From: Phaeosaccion multiseriatum
Taxonomy: Eukaryota; Protista; Ochrophyta, other classes
DNA: 64,000 bases
Reading direction: 5' to 3'
NCBI GenBank assembly: GCA_965112735.1
Contig: OZ218953.1
Coordinates: 5,582,048-5,646,047, forward strand
Part shown: positions 11,027 through 23,722 of the stretch, piece by piece
Position numbering within the stretch: position 1 is the first letter of the stretch
How the letters are laid out: each line of letters begins with the position of its first letter
The notes under the pieces: generated by a model
The model's input: only the letters and a program-made list of their open reading frames with translations
Told to the model about the DNA's origin: nothing
The model's database searches: none
Program-made: the position numbers and the translations under genes

Positions 11027-13528
11027 TCAGTCGAAGTGTATCCCAATCGCGTCGCACTGGTCCCACGAGTAGCTGTCGTACATGTAGGGCAGGCTGTCGC
11101 TGCCCGGCAGGATGAGGTCGAGGATCTCGCCATTTGTGAGGCGCACCGTCTCCCCGTCAATCTCGAAGGAGAAAGGCCTAATGTCGTCGTAGCCGTGCCC
11201 AAAGCACGTCCCGCTGACGCAAGTGGGCAGTTCCACCTCAGTCTCCACCTCGCTCCAATCGCAAACGAGTCCGCTGTCTCCCACGTCGCTCGTGTGCATG
11301 TATCCCCACGCCGGGTCCCACGAGGCGTCTGCCGTGAGAAATTTCTGCCCCAGGAAGCGCTCCATGGCGGGGTGCAGGATCCAAAAGGTGGGGTCTTGCG
11401 GGGCGGCGGACGTGTACATCTCCCCCACCGTGCCCGTCTCGCACAACACACCGAGGATGCTTGTCCACATGTGTGCGGTGGCGGCCTCGTCCTCCTCCAA
11501 GCCCGCGTACATGAAGCGGCCCAGCGCCTCGTCGTAGTAAATGTATGACGACGAGACGGCCATCCACTCCAGGGCCTTGCTCTGCTGTAGGGCGTCGTAA
11601 GAAGAGAGTCCGTTGGCCTCGAGCACCTCCGCCGGACAGGAGGTGCGGCATTCCGAGTACGGCACGCCCTCCGAGCAGTCCTCGGCGGTGCGGAGGAAGC
11701 CCATCCTCCAGAGGGTCTTGAAGAGGAGGGGGTGTTTGCCGGGCATCCTAAGCTTCATCATGAGGTCATTCACTTCGTCACCAAGCCCCCACTCGCCGCC
11801 GATGAGGATGTGCACGGGCCCGTGGGTGCCGCCGTTGAGGCAGTTCTGCATAGCGGCGAAGCTGATCAACCATGTCCCGTGTTGTGTGTGAGAGCGTTTG
11901 GGAATCAACACCAAGATCCAAGAGCAGGGGTTCATGTGAGGATGGGGGGGAAGCGGCGGAGGGGAGATTGAGATCATTGTAGAGGGGGATGGACGGGGTT
12001 GAAGAAAGTACTCTCTGCTCACAAGGGTGTTCTGAATAGCATGTCCGTTCTGAGCTCTGCCCACACTTTCCATCCACAAACTTGAGTGGCAGATATATCG
12101 CACGCACGCATGCACACATACACGTGCACATGCACACACGCACACCCGCACACGATCATACACGAATACACTCACAACGCGCACACGCCCCCCCCCTCAC
12201 CTTGGTCTGATGAAGCAGTCCTTGAACGTAGAGCAGGTGGGCGGAGAGAAAGTGGTCACACCATTGGTCTTGACACTCCGCTGCAGGAATGGCACCGGGC
12301 TCGTGTTCCACGGCGACCGCAGCAAGCCGTACGGATTGTGCACCGCCTCCCACGCGTCTGCCGCCACCGGGGTGTATGCCCACCTCCCCTGACGAACAAC
12401 ATGGTTTGGCAAGTTGTCGCCCTCCCCTCCCTCAGTGACAGGGTTGTTGTTCCCGAACCAATTGGCATGGAAGATCGGGCTCTTATCTAGGGTGCCGTCT
12501 GTAGAAAGCTCCCCATCAATGGTGTGGTCCCAGTAGGGGATGGCTACCGAAGGGTCAATGACTTGCAAAGCCTGCTCCACCGATAGCGTCACCCCCACGT
12601 GGTTGGTGACGATGCCGGCGTCATCGTGCCAACCGTCGCACGTCTTCACACCAGCCCCGTCAAGGTGCATGCTAATAAAGAAGGACATTGGCTTGTAGGA
12701 AGGTCCGAAGAGCTGCTTCCCTGTGCTGTCGTCGACTCGATACATGGTCTCCAATGCATCGAGGAAACGGTTCCTGTCGTCGTCCGTTAGTGCCCGGATT
12801 TCTCTGCGTACATACTTCACCATGACCTCCCCCGTCAAAGTCGTGGAGTGACTCCACGCATCTCCATCAACGAGCTGTCCCTGCTGGACCTGAACCGTCT
12901 GATATCCCACCGATGTGAAGGTGTAGTCCACTGCAGAGCTGCCGCTGCTGCTCCACTCGGAACCAATGGACCACCTATAGGCCGCCCCATCCGCAGCGGT
13001 CGGGCAGGCCTCTGTCGACGGCTCCCCTCCCTCCTCCCCGCTGCTGCACTGCACCTCCAGAGTGCTCGTCCGGAAAGGCTCGGCCAAGTGTGCCCACTTG
13101 TCTATCCAGGTGATGGGCTGTTCTCGAGTATAGCTATTCGTCACCGTGAAGCTTACGGCCCGTCCCGCTAACTCTGCAGTCGCCGTTGAGCTCGAAAGCT
13201 TGTCTGCAGTGGCGGCCTGCATACCGCTACCACCAACAATGTCAAGTCCATCACCATTCGAGGACACAAGGGGGCCTCGTAATGCCACACCAAGGACCCC
13301 TACAAAAGTCAAGGTCAAGACTCCCACAAGCGCAAGCCGTAACTTGCCTCGAGACCGCGGCGATGGCTCCTGCTGCTGCTGCTGCTGCTGCTGCGGGTGC
13401 AGCAAGGACGAGCGCAGAGACGATGCTGAAGGCAGGTCTTGAGAGAGCGAGTGAGGCAAGCCCTTCTCTGGCACCGCACTTCCATGGCCGTCTGAGAAGC
13501 TGTTGTAGTGATACCGCTGCAGAGGCAT
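11027..13528 (-). CDS. Tyrosinase / polyphenol oxidase family (type-3 copper) protein with an N-terminal transmembrane anchor
   Basis: Two exons, 13528-12201 and 11861-11027. TM segment: LALVGVLTLTFVGVLGVAL. Tyrosinase motifs: YVRREIRALTDDDRNRFLDAL; CuA H..(CDGWH)..(VTNH); AIPYWD; NPYGLLRSPWN; CuB GTHGPVHILIGG...APQDPTFWILH. Confidence 0.9.
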
Positions 13529-14083
13529 CTTGCCTACAGCGACACGGAAGTTATGGTTGAATTTTGGCTCGTCTTATCATAGCACTGCTGCTGTTGCTTT
13601 GCTCTTTTATGTATCATCTCTATCTCGACGTTACACATACCTCACCTCAAACTGGAAATTCTGCGTTTCTCCTCCCAGCTGGCGGCGGTTTAGTTCTATT
13701 TTTCTATTTTTTTTACAATGTAATTAATTAAAACAATAACTAATAATGGAGAGTGGAGAGTAGACTTCCGAGTATCGCGGCACTACACGGAGGCTCGGCT
13801 TGCTCGAAGCGGAATACATTGGCGCTCCGCTCGCTTGAAGCTGGGCGCCAAACAGGGGAGGGAAGGATTGAAGCGCGCGAGAGAGAGAGCTTGAGAGTGG
13901 AATGGTGCCTTGAAGCGAGGGGCTTACTTCGCCCTGCCCTTTCACCCCCCGCGCCCAAGCCGTCTCCAAGGCTCCAGCCATTCCTCCTGCCGTGTGTGTG
14001 GCTCCTGGGGGCTTGAACTGACTCAATCGAGCCTCTCCCTCGCCCCTTGTCACAGCTCCAATCCTCCAAGAAGCTCGTTCGAA

Positions 14084-16597
14084 TCATGGAAAGGAGACGG
14101 GAAGCGTGTTGTACTTTCTGAACTCCTCAGGAATGCCCAGCACCGTTCCTTTCAGGCAGACAAGGCGAGTGGGATGGGCGAGGTGAGCAGCAGCGATACA
14201 GAGGGGGGGACACGCCAAGACAAGCGCAATACAGAGGGGTTCGGTCTCCCCTGCCCGTCAGCTGCACGGGAGGGAGAGCTTTGTCTCCCGTGCCTATCCC
14301 CATCCGGGCCCAATCCGGGCAATTCGATTCATCTCACCTTGGCACTGAGAGTTATCCACGGCAAACATCTCCCACGCCTCGATCCCGCACTCTCCCAGCA
14401 CCTTTTCCACCTTGGCCAGTTGCTTCTCCTCGGGCCAGTTGCCGGTGGGGGTCACGACGAGGGCCCCGCTGTAGGCCTGGCCTGCTGCCTTCGCGGCGCC
14501 TGAGTAATAGAAAACGCCTGGGGAGGGGGAGAGTGAGGCTGTGAGACTACTACTCCATCGTGCAGAGGGGCCTTCAGAGCTCCACATGCAGCGACGGGGC
14601 CTTGCCTGCTTAACTCACCCCAGCTTAGATCGTCCTCCACGTGCACGATCCTCCAGTACTCCTGCGAGGTCACTCCGTTGTCCAGCACGCTGAAGTGAAA
14701 CGTGGCTGGCTCGGTGCCCCTCTTGACTCGGTAGTGCCTTCGCCGCCACACCTTTTCGCCTATGATGCCCCGTGCGAGGAGAAAGGGGAGAGAGAGGAGA
14801 CGACAGGAAGATGGGTAAGCGAAAGAGGACCGCAGTGGAAACGGGGGCACACAACAGTCAACACGGAGAGGGGAAAGCAGCATTGCCTCCACCTCCACCT
14901 ATATGCCTCCATCCCCAGACTCACCGGCAAGGGTCTCCACTCTGAAGACCGGATCGTACCACATGCCCGTCTTGCCCTTGCCCTTGTAAAAGATTTGGTA
15001 TTGGCAATTGAACTGGTCGTAGGCAGCATTCAGACCCGCCACCACCTTCCAGGAGTGGGCGGGCTTGGGATCCTCAGGCCGCTCGTTGCCATTGACCATT
15101 GCTGGGTCACGGCCCAGCCACCCGATGAAGAGCTTCTCGGCGATTTCGAAGGTCATGGGTTGTTTGCGGAAGGATTTCATGGGCGTTATCTCAGGTAGCA
15201 TGGGCGTTGTGGCGGTGTTTCCCATGCAGTTGTTCTTCTGCAGGATGCAGAGCGCAAACTGTTCGAATTTCTCCGACTCGTAGGATGTGATGCACCTGTA
15301 AGCGCAAACTTTAATTTCATCAAAGAAGGAGCGCGAGGGCGAGGGCGAGGGCGAGGAGAGCATCAAGACTCACCGAGACAAAGCGCGTGTGTGCATGGAC
15401 AGGGATGTAGACCAGAAGACTGACGGAAGTTAGTAAGGAAGGGCCTACCTTGGTCGTTGGGCGGACAGGCCTCGAGGCAGTCCAGGCAGGCCTTGCAGTC
15501 GGGGTCGCTAACGCAGGAAACAATCTGACTCGTGCATTTTGTACACATGCACTTTAATTCGTTCAAACCCGCCTTCTTGCCCAGGCCTTGCACCTGGCGG
15601 GTGCAGGAAGAGACACAGCATGGCAGAGCAGAGCAGAGCTGAGCATCACACACGGTCCCCTTCGCGAGAGGGGCGTGCCCTTCTCCCCACTACTTCTCTC
15701 TGACCTGTTCCACAGGCGTGACGTAGGCGTGTATGAGGGACAGCAAGAGGAAGGTGATGTCCTCTGGCGCCCCCCGCTCAAAGTAGGACTCCACGGCCTC
15801 CCACACCCCCTCGTCCTTCTTGCTGCCGCTGCCCCAGGCCCCGAGCAGCTCCAACAGACTTGCAAACACACCGCCGCTTCCCCGCTGGCCTTCATCGTAT
15901 GGGTTGAGCCCGCCAAGCTTGCTTGCCTGCTGCAGGGTGGAAGAAGAGGCGAACGATAGTCTCGTGGGCACTGGTTGGATGGCCTCGCTGAGACGGGAGC
16001 GAACAAACGAAGGCAAGGAAAGGGAGGTCAGAGGCACAGAAAGACGAAGATGCAAAGCGTGGGAAGAGGAGGAAGGAGTATGAGCAGGCGGGCTCTCTGC
16101 GAACATCACCTGAGGTAGGTCGCCACAGATGTGTCCGAGACATGCGCAGCGAAGAAGATATTCGCGCTTCCGAGGGCTTCTTCGAAGCGGTCGCGCTGTT
16201 CGCCGCCATCAGCAAGGGAAGCCTCCTCAAAGACATCCATGCTAAAGGCGGGGTTTGTCCACGCGAGCCTCCTGGCGAGCTGCTGCATCACCTCATGCCA
16301 GGGGATGTGTCGCCCGCGCCACTTGAAGCGACTATCCACAGCTGCGGGCGCCACACACACGACTCTGCAAAGCTCGCTTGCGGCGCTCGAAGCACCCTTC
16401 CTTATCGTGTCCAATTGTTCGGTGCCCATTGGTGCGCCCGCGGTGGACAAGCGCAGCTCGCTGCTTCTCCTCATGCTCCTGCTGCCCTGAGCTGTCTTCG
16501 TTCTGCTTGTCGTTCTCAGGAAGGACGAGACGAAAGGCGACGCCGTCTTGCAGCAGCAGAGCAGCGTAGCGCCTGCCAGTATCAGAGGTCGCCTCAT
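14084..16597 (-). CDS. VDR: Violaxanthin de-epoxidase-related protein (VDR), plastid-targeted
   Basis: Signal peptide MRRPLILAGATLLCCCKTASPF. VDE-type Cys-rich domain CTKCTSQIVSCVSDPDCKACLDCLEACPPNDQVCAYRCITSYES..FALCILQKNNC. Lipocalin domain WKVVAGLNAAYDQFNCQYQIFY, VWRRRHYRVKR, SVLDNGVTSQEYWRI, FYYSGAAKAAGQAYSGA. The last exon, 14148-14084, gives GTVLGIPEEF...*. Confidence 0.9.
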
Positions 16598-16740
16598 GAT
16601 AGAAGGCAGAGAAGAGGCGGTAGGGATCGGGGAACAAAAGAGCAGGCAGGCAGCAGGGAAAGAGAGAACCAACCAGGCTATCACAGATGGCGAAGAGAGC
16701 GACATTTTTTTTTTTTGGTCAGTTGCTCTGTTTGAGAGAC

Positions 16741-17661
16741 ATGAAGCGGCCTCGCCCCCGCAGTGATGACGAAGACCAGGAGCAGGAGAGTGGCGATGCT
16801 GGGACTGCGGTAGCAGGAGAGCAGGCATCGAAGAAGGGGGCGGGGGCAGTGCCAACCGTGCTGAGACCCCCCACGCTTGGGCCTGCGGCACCGCAAGGGG
16901 GCACCGTGCTGGAAAGAGCCCTCGGCAAGCCTGAAACAGGGCCACCGAGCGGGAAGGTCTTTATGGGTAATCTCGAGTGGAGGTGAGGCGGAGTGAAAGT
17001 TCCCCCTGGCGACTTACCTGCCATTTCCGATGATAGGTCGTCGGAACTGCTGTCCCTCTGTGAACGACTCCTGACTGTACCATCCCGAAATTTTATGCCA
17101 ACTACCACCCCCCCCCCTCCCTCTCTCAGAGTTACCGAAGAGATGATACTGAAGGTGTGTCGGCAGTTTGGTACGCTGGTTAGATCCTCCTTTGCGCACC
17201 ACCACGACGGCCCCTTACGAGGCAAGCCGCGCGGGTACTGCTTCGTGGAGTTTAACACAGCAGAAGAGGCCGCCAAGGCTATCATGGGGCTGGACGGACG
17301 CCGCCTTTTCGGGAAGACGCTCAAAGTGCGTTTCTCCAAACCCGAGGGCGCAGGGCCTGATTATGTGTATCCAGGCCCCAATGGCACCACAGGAGCTGCA
17401 GCAGGGGCGACCAGCGCGACTGGAGGCATCCCTGGCGGAGGGGGCGATGCTGGAGGAGGACTTCCTGGAGGACTTGCTGTCGGTGCTGCTGATGCTGGAG
17501 CAAGCGCGGCCGCTACTGCGGCAGCTGCTGCGAGCGATACCATGGCTGGGGATGAGATGAAGTTGACGCGGACAATGGCTTTGCTCAAGCAGAAGCTGAG
17601 GGAGGGTCGCCTTGCTCGCGAAGAGGATAAGAAGCCTCGCCATGATGGAAGGAAGAGCTAA
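16741..17661 (+). CDS. Single-RRM RNA-binding protein, RBM18-like
   Basis: Exons 16741-16982 and 17131-17661. RNP2 KVFMGNL and RNP1 RGYCFVEF, in the context GPLRGKPRGYCFVEF...LDGRRLFGKTLKVRFS typical of RBM18. Confidence 0.85.
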
Positions 17662-18180
17662 ATTATGACACGATGGCAACTGCCTTTTGCTCACATGTAC
17701 AAGTGCGCGTCTCAAATTACCAACGGATGTGGTCCTTGCTGCTGCTGAGACACGGGCACTCCTTTGTGTGGAGTTTAGCTTGTCGGCTTGGCTTCTCTTT
17801 CACCCCTCTCCCAAATCGACCACTCTTTGACTCTTTGGTCTCTGTCGCCGGTGTTGCGTCACAGCCTCTGTTAGGTCCTCCTCAAACCGCGCTCAATTTG
17901 TATACATGAACACCCGCTACTCGTGTCCATGTGGAGCGCAAGTGTAAGGCGGCTACTTTGGTGATTTGCGTCGCTTGGTGCTGCACGACACACGTACGGT
18001 ATGTGATGTCCCAAAAAAAACAAAAAACAGAAGGCTTTAAGACAAGCAAGCCAGTTGTGATTCAAATCGTCGGATCATCAACACGGACCGGTGTCGCACT
18101 CTCTTCCTTTTTTCCCTCTCTTGCTCATCCTGATTAAGACCTCGCCCCCCACAACCTGCTACCTGCTGAGAAAGTGCGGA

Positions 18181-19516
18181 ATGTCTCACTCCAAAGTGTG
18201 GTGCGCGATCTGCTGCTACTCTCTGGCTGTGGCCCTGTGCTTCATAGCCTCCTCCGCACTGAGGATGATTCCTGTGGCGCCTCTTTCTCTGGCACCATCG
18301 GACTTTCGGTCCAAGTCATGTCAGCGGGGGGGGGGGCTGGTGCACTCCTTCGGAAGAGTGGATACCAACAGGTGCGTGTAGGGGGGTGGGGGAAGTGGAC
18401 GTTCTTTCCTTCCTCCGAATCCCCCGGCTTGACCCTCTGGTGCCTCTGGCAACCCTTCGCGTCACTTGGCCATTCAGCCCGTGGGCATGCTCTGCGTCGG
18501 CGAGCTCCAAACGGAGGAGCAGGAGCTGTGTAGGAAGCACACTGTTTGCCAAGGGTAAAGGCGGGAGCTCTGAGGGCGGAGCCCCCCGGTCCTCCCCCAA
18601 GGGCTTCGGGAAGCCCCCAGCGCCGGCATCAGCACCAGAATCGGCAGTGCCAGGGCCCGCTGCCCAGGGAGGGAGTAGCGACGCTGGGGAGAATATTGAA
18701 GGAAAGGGTATCGCCATGATGGGTGCGAATAGCACACCAGCGGCACCGGACGAACAACTACAGAATGCGAAACTCACACTGGCTTTCACCTGCAAGCTGT
18801 GCAAGTCGAGAAGCGTGTACAAGGTGCGCAGTGGAGGAGAGAGAAATGGGGGTCACGAAGATGTAGGGAGGGCAACAGCGAGTACCATACTCCCTCTGAA
18901 TTTCCCTCTCTGCGTTTTCCGAGGGGTGGAGGACTATCCATCTCCTTTCAAGACACTACTCGTCGCTGGCTGCAATGGCCTTCACTGCGAGATTGTGGAG
19001 GAGGATGAGGGGCTCGTGCGTGGAACATCTCAGTTTTGACACGATGCATGTGTTGATAGGTAACCTTGCTCGCTGCTCTCCTCTTGTCCATCCTATCTGT
19101 CGTGGTGATCGTGCTGCTGCTGCTGCTGCTGCTGCTATTGCTATTGCTATTGCTTGTTGCCTCGCCTATGCTCCGAGCAGATCAGCCGCATCGCCTATAA
19201 CGAGGGCATGGTGATTGCCATCTGCAGGGGCTGCCAGGCTAAGCATCTCATTGCAGACAACAACGACAAGATGGACTTCAAAGGCTTCACCAGCAACATC
19301 GAGGAGTTCCTCAAGCTCAAGGGGGAGGGGGTGCAGCGCATCAAGGTCACGGAGGAGGGGCTCAAGCACAAGACGGCGGAGTACTTGGCGGGGGGAGGGC
19401 GGAAAGTGTGGGACAGCGTCAGTGGAGATGCCCCCCATGCAGTCTTGTCTACCCCGATGGAGGAGGGAGAGGCGCTCGCCGAGGTTGTGACCGCCGAGGA
19501 GGACTACCAAGAGTAG
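18181..19516 (+). CDS. DNL-type zinc finger protein (Hep1/Zim17/HEP2-like Hsp70 escort), probably plastid-targeted
   Basis: Approximate exons 18181-18371, 18478-18823, 19180-19516. LTLAFTCKLCKSRSVYK|ISRIAYNEGMVIAICRGCQAKHLIADN is the zf-DNL signature. An N-terminal hydrophobic signal peptide is followed by a Ser/Arg-rich transit region. Confidence 0.85.
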
Positions 19517-19878
19517 GGAGCAGGGGGACTACCAAGGGTATAGAGATGTTCGATCGAAAGAGGGGAGAGGGGGAGCCGTAGAGCGGAGAGGGGAGGGCAG
19601 GAGGAGGTGGAGGACGAACCAGTGTCGGATATTCGCGGCAGGAGGAGTTTAGAAAGCGTGAATGTTTTTTTTGAAAAGAACATAAGACGGACAGCACTGC
19701 TGCCATTGTACATGAACAACTTTTGTTTCCGGGTTTGTTCGGGCGGGTGTGATGATCGAGTGTGAGAAGGATGACAGAATTTGAGTTTCAGGTGGCGATT
19801 GCACTTTGCCACACCCCGTGCAAACAAGAGAAAGAGAGAGAGAAAGAGAGAGCAAGAGAGAGGGAAAAGGGTGTAGGA

Positions 19879-22122
19879 ATGCGTCGCCTCCTCGCAGAAA
19901 GGCTGGTCCAAGCTGGCCAGCGAAGGAGAGAAGTGTGGAGCGGGGCGACGCACTTAACTCATCATCACCCGCACCGGCAGCAGATCAGGGAGATTCGGGG
20001 CGGAGCAGTGGTTGGAGGGAAGAGAGGAAGAGAGGGTGGGGCTGCCACGCCTCCATCTTCATCTTCTGGAGCTCTTGGTGGAAGCAGGGAAAGTGGGAGC
20101 AGCTTGCTGCCCGGAAATGTTTCAGAGGAGCTTAACCAGAAGTTTTCGGCCTCCCTCGCAGGTGGAGACACGGTGGCCGCTACGGGGTATTATTGGAAGA
20201 TTCATGACTCGAGCAGCCCCCTCCGGACGCATAGGAGAATGCAGATGATACAATTGCTGTGCCGGCTGGAGAAGCTCACAGAAGCCAGTGAACTGCTCAC
20301 TATGACTCTGCAGGGACCATCGCAGGGACAAGCCACAGAAAAGACAGGATCTGAGGGAAGAAGAGCCGCGAGAAAGAGGGGAACAGGAAGAACAAGAGGA
20401 AGACGAGGAGCAGCAGCGGCAGCAGAGGCAACAATAGGGACTCCATACCGAAGCCTCCATGCTCACGACGCGAGCACTGTGGCCGCCTTCATCTACCTGT
20501 TGGAGGCTGTTGTGAGAGCCGGAGACGTGCCGCTGGCGCTACTGCACTTTCGCCAGGCAAGGGATCTCTGCGTCTCGCTTGACCTCCCTCTCCTCACAGA
20601 CCTCACTCTCTTGCTCCTTCAAACTACTTCGGACAACGAGACCCGTGAGAGACTGCGGGCACAGGAGGGGCAGCCGCAGACGGCGGAATTTGGCGCCTCA
20701 GATAGATGGGAGCCCATGTGGGAGGTTTTGAAGTACACTCGGCAGCTTGGCATGAAGCCTCCGCAGCCGGTCATGGAGCAGATCCTCGTGGTGGCAAGCA
20801 GCGCCTACGACATGTCCCTGGCCCTGGACACGATTCACTTCATGTCTGGGCTTGAGCAAAGGCCATCCGCTGCGCTTTGCACACAATTGGCCTACCGCAC
20901 CAAGAAGGCGCTCGCTGCCTTGGACCGCAGCGAGCAGGAGTATGTCAACGACATTGTTAAGGCAGCGGGGGGCTGGGGCGGCGACGCTACGCGGCTGCGA
21001 ATAGTTCAGACCCAGCTTGATGAACTCTACCACAACCTTTTGCTGGAGAATTATGCAGAGGACAGTACAGATACGGCGCCACCGCGACGGCCAAGAGTAG
21101 CCACTATCGAAGACGAGGCAGGAGAAGTGTGGGATGACGGTGAGGAGGAGGGGCGAGAGGGGAAGGGGGATGTGGAGTGTCTCGGGCTGGACGGGGCGAC
21201 TCTAGCGGCGGTGGAGGGCGTGTGGAGGAGGGCGATGGAGGCGAGGAGAGTGTTGGCGGGGGTGCGTGACTGTGCTGTGCGACAGTTTCAGGCGCACACT
21301 GACGAAGTCAATATGCGCAAGATGAAGTGGCTCCAGGACGGCTTGCTGGAGCTGGTGGACGAGGAGGAGGAGAGAGAAGCAAGGGGGGGGGGGAGTCTGC
21401 TCGAACACCTGGGCGTGCTTGATTTAGATGATAGCGGGGACGAGGCGGAGGGGGCGGAGTATGAGGAGAGTGATGACGACACTGATGACGACAGTGGCGA
21501 CAGCAGCAGCGAGAGCGATGACTACGGCAGTGACGACTGCTCAGACGAGCGAGTGACCGCATCAGGCGCCTTCCGCAGGAGGAGCAGAAGGAGGAGCACA
21601 CACAAAGGACCGATTGGGCTTGGTGGCATTGGTGCTGCTGCGAGGGGAGAGCGCGGGGCTTCTTACACGGCGTACGCGAGGGAGCAGAGACACGCGGAAC
21701 AGAAGGAGGCGCTGAGAGAGACGGCGAGGATGGTGTCCAAGATACGCAGGCTGAAGGAAAGGGCTGCTCTGTTGGTTACGGAAACGGAGGAGGTAGACGA
21801 GGAATCCTCTGGAGGAGGGGGGGGCACGACGCCCGACGAAAACGAGGAGAGTGAGTGGGAGGTGGAAGAGCGGAGAGAGCGGGAGGCCCAGCAGGCGGAG
21901 GACGACTTCGTTTCGGACCTGCACAGTCACTTTAGAACCAACAGCATTGACTTGAGCTTCACAGCGACGCCTGCGGCTCCTGCCGCTGCTGCTGCTGCTG
22001 TGGCCGGGGCGCAGCACTCTGAGGCGGATTCTGCCGCCGCTGCCGCCGCCGCCGCGCTCATCGTTGGTAGGCCTCTGCGGAGAGGGGCGGGACAGGGTAG
22101 CGAGGACATTCCAGACGAGTGA
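19879..22122 (+). CDS. Intronless helical-repeat (PPR/TPR-like) protein with an acidic C-terminal half, possibly mitochondrial
   Basis: Long ORF with an Arg-rich N-terminus (MRRLLAERLVQAGQRRR), degenerate PPR-like helices (AFIYLLEAVVRAGDVPLALLHFRQAR; WEVLKYTRQLGMKPPQPVMEQILVVA) and D/E-rich tracts. Confidence 0.55.
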   Translation: MRRLLAERLVQAGQRRREVWSGATHLTHHHPHRQQIREIRGGAVVGGKRGREGGAATPPSSSSGALGGSRESGSSLLPGNVSEELNQKFSASLAGGDTVAATGYYWKIHDSSSPLRTHRRMQMIQLLCRLEKLTEASELLTMTLQGPSQGQATEKTGSEGRRAARKRGTGRTRGRRGAAAAAEATIGTPYRSLHAHDASTVAAFIYLLEAVVRAGDVPLALLHFRQARDLCVSLDLPLLTDLTLLLLQTTSDNETRERLRAQEGQPQTAEFGASDRWEPMWEVLKYTRQLGMKPPQPVMEQILVVASSAYDMSLALDTIHFMSGLEQRPSAALCTQLAYRTKKALAALDRSEQEYVNDIVKAAGGWGGDATRLRIVQTQLDELYHNLLLENYAEDSTDTAPPRRPRVATIEDEAGEVWDDGEEEGREGKGDVECLGLDGATLAAVEGVWRRAMEARRVLAGVRDCAVRQFQAHTDEVNMRKMKWLQDGLLELVDEEEEREARGGGSLLEHLGVLDLDDSGDEAEGAEYEESDDDTDDDSGDSSSESDDYGSDDCSDERVTASGAFRRRSRRRSTHKGPIGLGGIGAAARGERGASYTAYAREQRHAEQKEALRETARMVSKIRRLKERAALLVTETEEVDEESSGGGGGTTPDENEESEWEVEERREREAQQAEDDFVSDLHSHFRTNSIDLSFTATPAAPAAAAAAVAGAQHSEADSAAAAAAAALIVGRPLRRGAGQGSEDIPDE

Positions 22123-22281
22123 GAAAAACAAAAAGAAACAAAAATGAGGGCTGGCGGGAACAACCACCGCGATCGTTTCCCCAACATGATTTCCCCCCTA
22201 AAAAATGGAGGTATATGGGCCTGCTCTCCCCCTACCATTTCGTATCGTATCCGATTCCTCTCTTTTTTTTATGAAAGCAAG

Positions 22282-23651
22282 ATGAGTCCTCTACCTGCAT
22301 CTGCACTGTTGGTGGTAGCACTGGGCGGAGCATCGAGTAGTATTGGATCCTCTGTGCAGGCGTTCGTCCCCGCTTTCCCTGCCCAAGGACGAGCAAGTGC
22401 CCCAGTGGGAGGGGGAGGAGAGAGTGCATCGGGGAGGAGAGCTGGAGCAACAGTTGCAACTGCTGCCGTGGCGAGAGGCGACACTGGAGGTGCTGGAAAG
22501 GGTCCACCCAAGAAGGCTGGGGGAAAGAAGGCGGCGGCGGCGGCGGCGGCGGCTGCTGCTGCCGCTGCTGCTGCCGATGAGGCCCCTCGGCGCCAAGCCC
22601 TGGAGGGCGTGATGATGCAGATCGAGCGTTGCTATGGCCGAGGGTCTATCTTAAAGCTGGGAGAATCGGACGCCATGGGTGTGGAGACAACTAGTACGGG
22701 AGCGCTCACTCTGGACATCGCTTTGGGTAAGCGTGTTGTCCATCTCCCCCTTTTTCGCCCATTGAAGTCTGTCCTTCTCTGCTCCCCCCGCCCCCTCCAC
22801 CCGCCTCACTGTATACAATATCGTTTACCTCCTATCTCCTGCCCCCCCTCCCTCTCGCACCTCTCTTATCCTCTGGTCTGCCGTACTTTCCCTTCTGCTT
22901 TCCACTGTTTTCGCTCCTCTTTCATTCGCCCCCCCCCCCCCCACAAACACACCACACACCACTAACCAACACGCAACGCACAACACCAACAACACCAAAT
23001 CCCCCCAGGCGGTGGCCTCCCGCGTGGCCGAGTGATTGAGATCTACGGCCCCGAGAGCAGCGGCAAGACGACTCTCGCGCTCCACGCCCTCGCAGAGGTG
23101 CAGAAGAACGGCGGCGTGGCCGCCTTCATCGACGCAGAGCACGCGCTGGACCCTGCGTACGCTTCCAACCTGGGCGTGGACACAGACAACATGCTGGTGT
23201 CTCAGCCCGACTCCGGAGAGATGGCCCTGGACATTGTTGATCAGCTTGTGCGCTCCTCAGCGGTGGACATGGTTGTAGTGGACTCTGTGGCCGCTCTGGT
23301 GCCTCGCGCCGAGCTGGAGGGGGATATGGCGGACATGCAGATGGGCCTGCAGGCAAGGCTCATGAGCAAGGTGAGGTGCTGAGCGGCAAGGGAGGGGAGG
23401 GGAGGGGGGCTGTTTTTTTTTTGACTTAGGGTTAAGCGGCAAGGGAGGGGGCTCTTTTTTTATAACTTACAGGAATCAACCTAAGAATTACATGTGTGTG
23501 TATATGTGCAAGGGAGGGGAGGGGGATGAGAGGGTGGGGGGAAGCTTGAGGAGAGCCGTTGGGTGAGCGACGACCGACACGCAGGGGCTGGAAAGATGGA
23601 TAGGAAGGAAAGAGATGTTATGTGTGTATATGCTCAGTTGATAACCTTTCT

Positions 23652-23722
<71 letters not shown>

